Virus record (IMG/VR): IMGVR_UViG_3300027838_000002
Span: 18,980 to 82,979 of that record
Direction: 5' to 3' (one strand)
DNA from: a virus
Lineage: Duplodnaviria; Caudoviricetes
Length of the DNA stretch: 64,000 nucleotides
Shown here: piece by piece, positions 37,856 to 46,713 of the stretch
How the letters are laid out: each line of letters begins with the position of its first letter
Position numbering within the stretch: the first letter of the stretch is position 1
Program-made: the position numbers and the translations under genes
Notes under the pieces: generated by a model
What the model was told of the DNA's origin: nothing
What the model saw: only the letters and a program-made list of their open reading frames with translations
Database searches by the model: none

Positions 37856-40762
37856 GAACTCGTCGTCAGGAGGTACTTCGTTGTACCACCCTTCGGCTTC
37901 CGCTACGTCAAAATCACTCTGGGCGTTGTCGTCAGTTTCTTCCGTGGCCTCGTCGTCTGACTCATCGTCTTCCACGACGTCAAAGTTGTCCTCGCGTAGT
38001 CTGTCGTCGGGCATTGGGGCTCCTCCGTAATTTTTTGCTTTATGACGAGAATCGCGATCGCTGAGAATCTCGGTCCACCAGAGCTTGTCCACCCACCAGT
38101 GCTCGGCGTCGTCCCGAATAAGCACCCCTGCGCTGTGCATCTCCTGCGATAGCCGCACCATGTCTAATAACGGTATCTCGGGTACGGTGACAAGACTATT
38201 TATGCGTTTCTTGCTCACCCTGACGTGCTCACCTGATACCGCTATGGCTGGCGCGTGACTCTGTTCGAATTCTTCGTTGATCGTTGTCAGCTTACCTGAC
38301 ACCAATCCGTGGTACACCAGCTCTGCGAAGTAGTCTAGCGGGTCCGGCGCAGAGTCTAACAACGCCGCCGCTTGACGAAATACCGTGTCGTCATTGGTCA
38401 GGTCCCCGAACCATGCTGACATATCCGCGAGCACCGACTCCACGTACGAGCCTGTGTACGTTAAACGAAAGCGGCGGGCCGCCAGGTGCTGTATGTACGC
38501 GGGTAAAATTGGCGCGCCCACACGTTGCAGCGTTCCGCCGACTGAAGGTGCACCATCTACATGGATCAGGTTCCAGCCACCGTTGATCATCAACGCCTGT
38601 GCGTGCTGCGGCAACAGATCAACTATGGCGTTCTTTGCGTCAGGGTGCTGTAGCCAGTCTGCTAGCAGCTTGTTCTTGTACTTGTCACAGCGCAGGTATA
38701 CCGGCCACTGGTGCCGTACAATGGCTGCCGAATTTTTGGCAACAACTCTCTTGAAAGCCCCAAGCGCACTGACATCAGTGGTGATGCAGCCCAGGCTGGT
38801 GGCAGTAGCAGCCCCCAGCGAGGTAGCTGCAGCTCCTAGAAGTACCAACCCCCTGCGATCTTGATGGAGTACCTCTGCAAGCAGATTACTGGTGATGTGT
38901 GCTGCGGTCGCCCAGAATACTGCGGATGATTGACTGGACGCGCCCAGTGTTTTCAGCGTCTCGTGTGGAATATTCCCGGGGGCCTGTAGATCACGTGCCG
39001 GTGTCATTTCAGTCAGGGTATACCAGGCGTCTTGCTCTAAGACGTGTCCGCCAGGGTGTACCTCGAACCGTGGAAACACGAAGCGGTCGTCTACCCACCC
39101 AAACGACTCGATCCCTTTGTTCGATGTTGGTTCGTGGAAACCTTGTGCCAGTCCCAACAGGTGTTGCGACCAACGTGGCTGTATGTTGGGACGACCCATG
39201 CCGTGGCGGGCGAGCAGGTTGCGCAGCCAGGCGCCTGTTTTATTCTCCATAACGCTAGCCAGCTCAGCGAATTCAATAACCTGCTCGTCACGAGTGACGT
39301 TTCCGCGATACTCCGTTACGTTTTCGTCAGGGTAGTAAACTACGTTCTCCAGTCGAATGATCGTGTCGGATAAAATCTCGCCGGAAGCTAGCGTCCAGTG
39401 TCCGTCCTTTTCGAGAACGGTCTTACCGTTTATGGCTATGCTGCGGTGCTTTTCCTTACCCGCGGTCTTTATCTTCTGCAGCTTGTTACATATCGCTTCG
39501 CTGCACTGCTGCATAAACCGCGCCAACTCTACGTCTGACATGTTTAGGTACAGCAGCAGATTCTCACATTCAGCGAGCTCCATCTTTTCCAGCTCGGTTT
39601 CCAGCACGTCTTCCCAGGCCCGCGACTGCCGCACCATCCGCTCCAGCCACTCAACTGGACGACGCCTACTCACGTCGTCAGGAAGGGCACGCAGAGAGTC
39701 ACTCACAGCAATGCGTCCCTTGGCGCACATAGCCTGTTGTATCAGCTCCGGACTTAATTCCGGTGCCCAAATGATGTAGTCGCGGTGGGCTGCATTCTTC
39801 CACACGTGCCTGTTCGAGATACGCCCGTCTATGATTGACCCACATATCGGGAGAGGGGTGTTATTGTCCCGGAGGTGCCGCAGCTGTAGTTTCAACGCTG
39901 TGACCGGGTCGTTCAGTACGAAAGTTGTTGATCCAAACTTCTTGTGTTCGATCGTCAAGGTCTCGTACATAGAGAGCCCTGAATCCCATATCGGGGCCTG
40001 ATCCTTGGTTTCGAACTGGTGCGAAACCACTGGAACACGTTTGAATACAAAGTCGTCCGGAGCCTCGGCATCCCTTCCGATAAACATGAACGCGTGGATC
40101 TTGCCGGGGGCCGTGTAGAACGGGATGACAAGCACGTCGGCCCAATCCTTACCCTTGAATACACGGCCACGCCCAGCGTTGAGCGAGTCGCCTTTTTTGA
40201 GACGGTTTGTGCACATCGTGTGGTGCAGCGCCATGCGTACGTCGTTAGCGTGGCAGCCACCCAGGAACCTCCCGGCACGCTCAAACCAGGTGGACGTCGG
40301 AGTTGCCGCTCGTCCAACTAGTTTCTGGCACAGTTCTACCATCTGTTCGGTGTCCTGCAGCGGAAGGCGTTTTTGCGCGGACTCCCACATATCTTGCAGG
40401 CGCTGACGGTGCCGTATGTGCGCTTCCTCGTATTTTTCCACAGCGATGGGATCCAACACCTTCGAGATTACCGCGATCCCCTGATCACGCAATTTTCGAA
40501 AAACGTTGACGGGGTCTAACCCCCAGGCTTTTCCGGCCAATTCCACCGTATCGCCCGTAAACTGGCACGCGGAGCAGTAGTGCCATTCGCCACCTGATAT
40601 ACTATCCTTGTAGACACGAAGGCCCTGCTGTCGGCATAATGGGCAGCAACACACAGTTGGTAATACCTTTACCGGTATTTCCACGCCCAGTAAGGGCAGA
40701 ACCTGGTCCCAGCTAATATGGTAGTTGAGACTGCAGACTCTCGTGCTTTTGGAGAATGACAT
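37853..40762 (-). CDS. Large protein with N-terminal CHC2-like primase Zn finger
   Basis: CPLC..WHYCSAC..GD.VEL; 969 aa; no clear TOPRIM or Walker motifs. Confidence 0.6.
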   Translation of the reverse strand: MSFSKSTRVCSLNYHISWDQVLPLLGVEIPVKVLPTVCCCPLCRQQGLRVYKDSISGGEWHYCSACQFTGDTVELAGKAWGLDPVNVFRKLRDQGIAVISKVLDPIAVEKYEEAHIRHRQRLQDMWESAQKRLPLQDTEQMVELCQKLVGRAATPTSTWFERAGRFLGGCHANDVRMALHHTMCTNRLKKGDSLNAGRGRVFKGKDWADVLVIPFYTAPGKIHAFMFIGRDAEAPDDFVFKRVPVVSHQFETKDQAPIWDSGLSMYETLTIEHKKFGSTTFVLNDPVTALKLQLRHLRDNNTPLPICGSIIDGRISNRHVWKNAAHRDYIIWAPELSPELIQQAMCAKGRIAVSDSLRALPDDVSRRRPVEWLERMVRQSRAWEDVLETELEKMELAECENLLLYLNMSDVELARFMQQCSEAICNKLQKIKTAGKEKHRSIAINGKTVLEKDGHWTLASGEILSDTIIRLENVVYYPDENVTEYRGNVTRDEQVIEFAELASVMENKTGAWLRNLLARHGMGRPNIQPRWSQHLLGLAQGFHEPTSNKGIESFGWVDDRFVFPRFEVHPGGHVLEQDAWYTLTEMTPARDLQAPGNIPHETLKTLGASSQSSAVFWATAAHITSNLLAEVLHQDRRGLVLLGAAATSLGAATATSLGCITTDVSALGAFKRVVAKNSAAIVRHQWPVYLRCDKYKNKLLADWLQHPDAKNAIVDLLPQHAQALMINGGWNLIHVDGAPSVGGTLQRVGAPILPAYIQHLAARRFRLTYTGSYVESVLADMSAWFGDLTNDDTVFRQAAALLDSAPDPLDYFAELVYHGLVSGKLTTINEEFEQSHAPAIAVSGEHVRVSKKRINSLVTVPEIPLLDMVRLSQEMHSAGVLIRDDAEHWWVDKLWWTEILSDRDSRHKAKNYGGAPMPDDRLREDNFDVVEDDESDDEATEETDDNAQSDFDVAEAEGWYNEVPPDDEF

Positions 40763-41927
40763 GGACGTCGTGCTCGATCAAATCCAAGATACAACTGGCC
40801 GCGAGATCCATCGACTTACTTCACTTTACCCGCCTCCGGATTTCGTAAAAACTGCTTCTCATGATAACATCTGCGGCACATCTAAAGCATTGCCAGCCCA
40901 TCTCTATGGCGATGCGATTAAGCGAACATACCCGTGCCACAACCCCGCGGCAACCTGGATGAGTGCAGCTTTCTTCGGTGACAAACAGGCTAGCTACAAC
41001 CAAGACAACTCACAGCGTATCAAGAGTAACATTTTACGTTGCGCTATTTACTACGGTATTGGCGGGCAAGTCACCGCGCTCATGGACAAGATTGCGACTG
41101 ACAGCAACGACACGATGGAATCGCTGCCAGATTCTGATTTCGCCTGGGTGTGGTTACAAGACGACGGACGAAAAGAACGCCACCTGCCCCTGCGCAATGC
41201 GCATGAGATCAAAGCGGCAGCCGACTATCTTGTAAGCTATCGTGACGAATTTGTGTTCGACGATCGCCACAAAATGTCGGAAAAGATCATCAAGAAGGCG
41301 CACGCCCACGGCGTGACCGTGAACGAAGACGTGCTAAAGCAGGCTGGGCACGGCCACTGCTCCATCAAGGCGGCTGCCCGCTTTCTACGTGATCGCGCAC
41401 GGATTATCAAGAACGCAGAGATTGCCGACCAGCTGATCAAAACAGCTGTAGCGATTGAACAGTGTCCGGCCAACTCTCGTGAGCATATGTTGAAGCTCGC
41501 GAAAACAGTATCCGACATCGACCAGGAATTTGGTATCCACCGTGACTACAGTGCGGCAGTACCAAGACCCGAGGATGCCTTGTTCGGAATTACCGAGATG
41601 ACAATAAAAACCGCGCACTCCGCACACATTCCGATGACTAGTGGTGCCATCTACAAATTGGCCGATTTGGCCGGGGTCAAGCTGCAAGACGTGCGTGATT
41701 GGATGGGTAGCGAGCTTGCTGACGAAGTCAGCGCTGGCGGGTTACTCGTTGATCAGGAAAAACTGGCTGAGATCTTGCCAACCCTGCCCCGCGAAGATGC
41801 TGAACTGTTTGAGCGCATGCTCAACAAGAACGGGATTAACCCGTTCGCGAAGGAGGCATCATCCGAAGAGCAGGGCTTGAGCAAGCAAGATCTGTTCAAG
41901 ATCGCAGCTGGTTACGTCGAGAACTGA
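40761..41927 (+). CDS. Hypothetical virion/head-associated protein (DUF6582-like segments)
   Basis: GGAG RBS; DSDFAW..RHLPLRNAHEIKAAADY..IIKKAHAHGV; many K-x-A motifs. Confidence 0.6.
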   Translation: MDVVLDQIQDTTGREIHRLTSLYPPPDFVKTASHDNICGTSKALPAHLYGDAIKRTYPCHNPAATWMSAAFFGDKQASYNQDNSQRIKSNILRCAIYYGIGGQVTALMDKIATDSNDTMESLPDSDFAWVWLQDDGRKERHLPLRNAHEIKAAADYLVSYRDEFVFDDRHKMSEKIIKKAHAHGVTVNEDVLKQAGHGHCSIKAAARFLRDRARIIKNAEIADQLIKTAVAIEQCPANSREHMLKLAKTVSDIDQEFGIHRDYSAAVPRPEDALFGITEMTIKTAHSAHIPMTSGAIYKLADLAGVKLQDVRDWMGSELADEVSAGGLLVDQEKLAEILPTLPREDAELFERMLNKNGINPFAKEASSEEQGLSKQDLFKIAAGYVEN

Positions 41928-42268
41928 GCAACAAGCTCGGCCATTTTCTCTTCTGGGACGACAGCTTTAAACTGAGGCTTCGTGTCGTCGTCACCACCGC
42001 AGTAGTGCACGGGGTCTCCGCACTTTACTGCTTCGCAGAAGATCGGGTCGTTGTTTAGCGTCCCGATGCCTGCGTTCTCACCCCCGGCGATCACCTCAAC
42101 CCACATCGACTCACCGCCGACATTTTGATCATTCTCCGCTACCGGAAAATTGATCACCTTGACGTATTCATCCCCATCTTCGGATCGGAGCCAGTACGGG
42201 GGTGCTCCCTTAGATTCAGCTGTTATCATTCTTGCCACCTTTCGATTTTCGTTCGAAGCGTTTGTCAA
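41912..42268 (-). CDS. DUF2314/YegJ-like protein
   Basis: GESMWVEV..GTLNNDP...GD.V. Confidence 0.55.
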   Translation of the reverse strand: MTNASNENRKVARMITAESKGAPPYWLRSEDGDEYVKVINFPVAENDQNVGGESMWVEVIAGGENAGIGTLNNDPIFCEAVKCGDPVHYCGGDDDTKPQFKAVVPEEKMAELVAQFST

Positions 42269-42593
42269 TCATTTGCTTAGCCGTATCAAACCCGCGTGCG
42301 CAGAGGTAGACGAGCACCACCGGCGACACCAACACAGCAGCTACCAGGGTGCCGATCATTACCACTACGAAAGAGACGAACGTAATCGACGCCTCCAGGT
42401 ACGGCATAGCGCGACTGGTTGACGTCTCGATTGCGCGTACATTGAGTTCATTTTGTTCGTGTAGTTTATTCGTGACATCAGTAACAACTTCTTCAGTCAC
42501 GTCTCGGGCGTCTCCGACGACAGTTCTGAAGGGGACGCTTTCGCTAAGGGTTTGACTTCCCATAAGTGTTCTCCGGTTTTGAATACTGCCCAT
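42216..42593 (-). CDS. Hypothetical membrane protein
   Basis: Long hydrophobic segment. Confidence 0.45.
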   Translation of the reverse strand: MGSIQNRRTLMGSQTLSESVPFRTVVGDARDVTEEVVTDVTNKLHEQNELNVRAIETSTSRAMPYLEASITFVSFVVVMIGTLVAAVLVSPVVLVYLCARGFDTAKQMIDKRFERKSKGGKNDNS

Positions 42594-42913
42594 TCTTTAT
42601 TGGTCAGCGCCCTAAGTTCTCCGTCAGAGTAATCGTACTCTTGGTAGCGTTGGTATTGGACCCATTTGTCAGACTCTGGCGTCGTGTTGGTTTCCGTAGG
42701 AGTACACTCCCACACGTAGATTCCAAATGTTGGCCAAGCATCACAACCACCTGGCCACGCATAGCTGCCGCCCATGTAATCGACGAAATCGTCGGCGCCA
42801 GAGCTAGCGTGCTCTTCTTCTATGGCGGGGCCAGTGACCGCCAGGATCTGTGGCGTGTTCGGCCCAAACGCGACAAGGAAGCGATCTGTGCGCTTCCGTT
42901 TCTGCTTAGCCAT
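42497..42913 (-). CDS. Hypothetical protein
   Basis: Colinear, translationally coupled. Confidence 0.55.
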   Translation of the reverse strand: MAKQKRKRTDRFLVAFGPNTPQILAVTGPAIEEEHASSGADDFVDYMGGSYAWPGGCDAWPTFGIYVWECTPTETNTTPESDKWVQYQRYQEYDYSDGELRALTNKEWAVFKTGEHLWEVKPLAKASPSELSSETPET

Positions 42914-43169
42914 TGTCGAGACTTACAGGCTCAGGTGCGTCGATCATGACCATAAAATTGTAGCTCCCGTCACCATCCGTCTTACTTCCAAAGAGCTCGC
43001 CAGGACCATTACCCTCTGCATCTCGGCTGGGGTAGATCAGCGTACCATCGTCGAGCACGAACACGGGAACCGAGCCAAACTGCTGCGCGTCCCATCCTTC
43101 CGCCTCTAATTCTTCGTTACTCATCACGCGCGCCTCTACGATACGCCTTCCCACAAACTCAGTTGACAT
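42906..43169 (-). CDS. Conserved-type phage hypothetical protein
   Basis: LDDGTLIYPSRDAEGNGPGELF. Confidence 0.65.
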   Translation of the reverse strand: MSTEFVGRRIVEARVMSNEELEAEGWDAQQFGSVPVFVLDDGTLIYPSRDAEGNGPGELFGSKTDGDGSYNFMVMIDAPEPVSLDNG

Positions 43170-43446
43170 AGTGTCTCTCGAATGAAATGTTGAACGTCGG
43201 TCCGATGTCCCGTGTATTTTTCCATATCCTTATGTTCGGGACACCGTTCAAAAAGTAAATCTCAATGGGAAACGCTTTCCCGTCTGATTCCTGCGGCCCA
43301 TGACTGTAACCATCAAACCCTATTTTCAAAGATGACGTGGACAGGCTGTCAATCAATACAGCTCCCACCGGCGCGCCATCAGGCTTCGTGGAATCAGGCA
43401 TGGGCCGATGTGAACGCTTAATTGTCAATTCTGTCTCGCTGTTCAT
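43159..43446 (-). CDS. Hypothetical protein
   Basis: Colinear small ORF. Confidence 0.5.
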   Translation of the reverse strand: MNSETELTIKRSHRPMPDSTKPDGAPVGAVLIDSLSTSSLKIGFDGYSHGPQESDGKAFPIEIYFLNGVPNIRIWKNTRDIGPTFNISFERHYVN

Positions 43447-43633
43447 CCTTGCAACCTTTTGATTTCAGAAAACAATTAGCGTTGTAGACTATGTCTTTCA
43501 GGAGGTCGTCGATTTCTTCGTGAATCGACTGTTTTCCTTTTAACCAGTCGTGCGCATCGTCCCTTATGGCCTCCAGCATATCCTCAGCTGTCGGCCGGTG
43601 GGACTTCGTCTTCTGAGGGCGATCCTCCGTCAT
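43418..43633 (-). CDS. Hypothetical protein
   Basis: GAGGAG RBS. Confidence 0.5.
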   Translation of the reverse strand: MTEDRPQKTKSHRPTAEDMLEAIRDDAHDWLKGKQSIHEEIDDLLKDIVYNANCFLKSKGCKDEQRDRIDN

Positions 43634-43802
43634 CGTCCCGCTCCTCGATATCGAACTGCGCGCGTAATGCGTCCACTTGTTTGTGCGCTAATGCCGACGG
43701 CCGCCCATCAATCCATGACGACAGATTAACAGCCAACGCAAGTGCACGGTCTCGCTGCTCAAGATAACTCTCTGCAGACAACTTACTCATATGTTGCCTC
43801 AT
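43584..43802 (-). CDS. Hypothetical protein
   Basis: Colinear small ORF. Confidence 0.45.
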   Translation of the reverse strand: MRQHMSKLSAESYLEQRDRALALAVNLSSWIDGRPSALAHKQVDALRAQFDIEERDDDGGSPSEDEVPPADS

Positions 43803-43864
43803 CTTTGACTGTCAAGAACGTCTGCAATTTATACTGACTGGCCCCACGCGCAGCAATAGCCCTG

Positions 43865-44068
43865 CTACTCAGTATCGATGCGGGAAAGCTCAACCAATTC
43901 GTCCGCCGCGTTTATGCGTGCCTGCACTTCACCCCTGTGGATAATCACGCTCTTGGGCGCTTCGACACCAAGACGGACGGCACCTTTATGGATCTCAAGA
44001 ACGGTAATCACAACACGACCGCCGTCGATGACGATCGTTTCTTCCGGTTTCCGTGACATTACTAGCAT
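43865..44068 (-). CDS. csrA: Carbon storage regulator CsrA-like protein, copy 2
   Basis: MLVMSRKPEETIVI..VRLGVEAPKSVIIHRGEV. Confidence 0.92.
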   Translation of the reverse strand: MLVMSRKPEETIVIDGGRVVITVLEIHKGAVRLGVEAPKSVIIHRGEVQARINAADELVELSRIDTE

Positions 44069-44077
44069 TTACGCTCC

Positions 44078-44350
44078 TCAGCCCTCCACTCGTTTTAAGA
44101 TGTCCCACAGTTTGCATATCGCTGCACCCCCTGATCCGGAGTGCGCGAGCGCATCCCATTCGACTGGCGCTTCGTCTCTTGCCTTTCGCAGCAAGTTTAA
44201 GCAATCGCTTGCGAGCAAGGCATCCATCGGTATATTCTTCTGCAATCCCAATGCATCAGCGACACGCGCTATCTCGCTGATGAGCTTGGGTACCGCTCCT
44301 CCGTAAAATTGCTGGCCCATGGCCGTCTGAAAAAACTCTGGTCCCGCCAT
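44078..44350 (-). CDS. Hypothetical protein
   Basis: EFFQTAMGQQFY motif; AGGAG RBS. Confidence 0.6.
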   Translation of the reverse strand: MAGPEFFQTAMGQQFYGGAVPKLISEIARVADALGLQKNIPMDALLASDCLNLLRKARDEAPVEWDALAHSGSGGAAICKLWDILKRVEG

Positions 44351-44370
44351 CTGGTTCTCCTAAACAAATA

Positions 44371-44398
44371 CCCCGACCTCCACGAAGGGAGGCCGGGG
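44371..44398 (-). terminator. Hairpin after solo guide unit 3
   Basis: CCCCGACCTCC/GGAGGCCGGGG stem followed by a U-rich tail on the minus strand. Confidence 0.55.
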
Positions 44399-44404
44399 CG
44401 GCTA

Positions 44405-44441
44405 CACGCAAGCCTGATGGTACTCGTCGGGACTATGATTA
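44405..44441 (-). ncRNA. Solo TIGR-like dual-spacer unit 3
   Basis: Minus strand TAATCA-TAGTCCCG-ACGAGTACCA-TCAGGCTT-GCGTG; spacing identical to array units. Confidence 0.65.
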
Positions 44442-45680
44442 GAACCGGATAGCTCGACTATACCTTCCGAACGCTTCCATCTGCGAAGCCTGATCCTCAG
44501 CCTGTTCACGCACGTTGCGCATTGCCTCGGCCAGCCCATTATTCTCAGCCTCACTCATCACGCTCACATCTTCACGCCTTGCAACGCGTAGACTTTCCAG
44601 CGTGTCAGGGTTGCCGATTTGCTGTTCCAGCTCACGGATGCGGCGCTCCAGGGTGGCGTCACCCATAGATCCGAACACGCGCAGCTTCTCGATAGCCCGT
44701 TTAACCGGTTCCACCGAGTTGCTTTTCACCTGTCCGTCTCGTGACATTAACTCGTGAAGCACGTCCAGAGTACGTACCAGCTCGGCACGTGGCTCAGCCA
44801 CAACAGATTCGGCAATAGCTTCAGACAATTCCTGCGTACGCTGCCGCGCCCGCTGACGCGTTGCGCTCACATTGACCTCTTCGGCCTCTTCGACACGCAG
44901 GTTTAGCGGAAGCACAGTAAACTCAACCGCGGTGTGCCGCAGCATGTGTTCCCTCGACGGGATATGCCTCGCCGCTTCACGATACGCATCAGTATCGCCC
45001 AGTTGCTCACTGATCGCTTCGTGGAATGCGCTGATATCGCCAGCGATTTCATCACGAACGTAATCTTGTAACTGCGTATGGAGGTCTCTCAGTTCTTCTT
45101 CCAGCGCGTCGAGTCGACTTTCTGGGACGAGATAGCAGCCCTTGATGTAGTGCGAGCCGCCACGCCGGGAACGGATTGGAATACTCGTAATTCGACAGAG
45201 ATTCCGCACATCCAGTTCAATCCGTTCCAGCTTCTTCTTATGCTCTTTCGGCATCAGTTTCCATCGCGGATCAGTGGCCTGGCTGTTACTCAGCTCCACG
45301 CCATTGACCTCAACGTTGGCACCGCGCACCGTGTAGTTGAGCCGCGGGCGGTGAGTCGAGACGCTCACCATGTAAACGCGGTCCATACGAATATCTTCGT
45401 CCTGGGCAGGTTCCCAATCCGCGTCGAGCAGAGCCTGCCGATTTATCTCATTATCATCAGCACGTGCTGACTCGCGCCGCTGCCGCGCCGCGGCTAACTG
45501 CGCGGCTAACTGGTCGTCCTCAGCTTCCGCCAGGTCTCCTTCTTGAACAATCTCGGCGACCATTCGGTCGTCTTCCGCGACCAGGTCGGCGAGGCGTTCG
45601 GTAGCCTCTCCGGGTAGTTGCTGAGGCGCTCGTACTCGAAACGTCTCTGGGGTGTCAGTTGACATCAGAATCCTCTTCAT
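44439..45680 (-). CDS. DUF3150-like protein
   Basis: Helical protein with G.YLVP motif; position in the DUF1257/DUF2997/AAA module. Confidence 0.55.
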   Translation of the reverse strand: MKRILMSTDTPETFRVRAPQQLPGEATERLADLVAEDDRMVAEIVQEGDLAEAEDDQLAAQLAAARQRRESARADDNEINRQALLDADWEPAQDEDIRMDRVYMVSVSTHRPRLNYTVRGANVEVNGVELSNSQATDPRWKLMPKEHKKKLERIELDVRNLCRITSIPIRSRRGGSHYIKGCYLVPESRLDALEEELRDLHTQLQDYVRDEIAGDISAFHEAISEQLGDTDAYREAARHIPSREHMLRHTAVEFTVLPLNLRVEEAEEVNVSATRQRARQRTQELSEAIAESVVAEPRAELVRTLDVLHELMSRDGQVKSNSVEPVKRAIEKLRVFGSMGDATLERRIRELEQQIGNPDTLESLRVARREDVSVMSEAENNGLAEAMRNVREQAEDQASQMEAFGRYSRAIRF

Positions 45681-46005
45681 TCAGTTGTGGGTACATCCCA
45701 TGCTCATCAATCCAGGCTACCTCAGCAGCTAGTGCATCAGAACGGGTATCAAAGGGACCTAGCACAGGGCCGTTCATCGGCATCATATTCGCCCACCAGC
45801 AAGCTTTACTGGGAGACGCTGATGCGAGATGATCATTCATCTCCTCATTCTTATCGAGGAGCCAGGTCCGCGCATCTGCTGTCAGCTCGGCGGTCGGATC
45901 TACGTGCGAGGCCCGACGAAGCTCGACAGTGCCGAGCTTCGTCAGGTCAATTTCCTCGCCGTAGATGGTCCGAGCCGTGCCGTCACGGTCGAACCTGATC
46001 TTCAC
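45655..46005 (-). CDS. Conserved-type hypothetical protein of the AAA module
   Basis: IYGEEIDL..LG....RASHVDP..GPVLGPF..R..AL.AEV.W. Confidence 0.65.
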   Translation of the reverse strand: MKIRFDRDGTARTIYGEEIDLTKLGTVELRRASHVDPTAELTADARTWLLDKNEEMNDHLASASPSKACWWANMMPMNGPVLGPFDTRSDALAAEVAWIDEHGMYPQLNEEDSDVN

Positions 46006-46208
46006 TCTTCCGCCCCGTCCAACCGGGTGTGCTGATGCACTTCGCTTTCGCTGTAGAAGTCAGCAGTATTCTCATTCGAGGTTTTGGTGCCCAGCGCCTT
46101 TTCGATGAAATCCGATGCGCTTGTACACTCACCTCCAGCAAATCCAATTGTTTCAACAGTCGTTTCCGCCTGCTTGTTGAAACGGATCTTAATTTTCCTA
46201 CTAGTCAT
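46002..46208 (-). CDS. DUF2997 family protein
   Basis: VETIGFAGGECTSASDFIEKALG......TADFY. Confidence 0.78.
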   Translation of the reverse strand: MTSRKIKIRFNKQAETTVETIGFAGGECTSASDFIEKALGTKTSNENTADFYSESEVHQHTRLDGAEE

Positions 46209-46219
46209 GAAGCACCTCC

Positions 46220-46699
46220 TTACAGGGTCAGTCCGCCACTGGGATAGTTCAGATCAGTTCCGCCGTCGACTCCACCACCAGGCATGTTGATGGTAACCTC
46301 GATCTCTTCTTCCCCGGTTTCGGGGTGCAGGACGATCTCTTCATTCCAGGTATATCCGGCCTGTCCGGCTTCAAACTCGGCCTTCTCCACACCGTAGATC
46401 TGACGGAATCCGTCCATGTAGGACTGCTGCCCCCAGGATCCGCCGTAGTTATCGCTGTAAACCTTACCCTTGCGGGTAACTTCGGACCCATCTTCCAGCA
46501 CGTCGGTCCATTCGCACTCGGTATCAATCACGATCGGGTACTTCCACTCTGGAAGTTGCACGACGATTCCACGTGCAATAGTGCCGTCATACAACCGCAC
46601 TTCACCTTGTTCTTTTACGTCGTAACCCAGACGCTCTGCTGCTTTGATAACGACGCTGGCATCTTGCACGTCGATATCAATCGTTGCTGTGTGTGACAT
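46220..46699 (-). CDS. DUF1257 family protein
   Basis: MSHTATIDIDVQD..LPEWKYPIVID..DNYGGSWG..RQIYGVEKA. Confidence 0.78.
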   Translation of the reverse strand: MSHTATIDIDVQDASVVIKAAERLGYDVKEQGEVRLYDGTIARGIVVQLPEWKYPIVIDTECEWTDVLEDGSEVTRKGKVYSDNYGGSWGQQSYMDGFRQIYGVEKAEFEAGQAGYTWNEEIVLHPETGEEEIEVTINMPGGGVDGGTDLNYPSGGLTL

Positions 46700-46713
46700 G
46701 TGTGTCCTACTCC

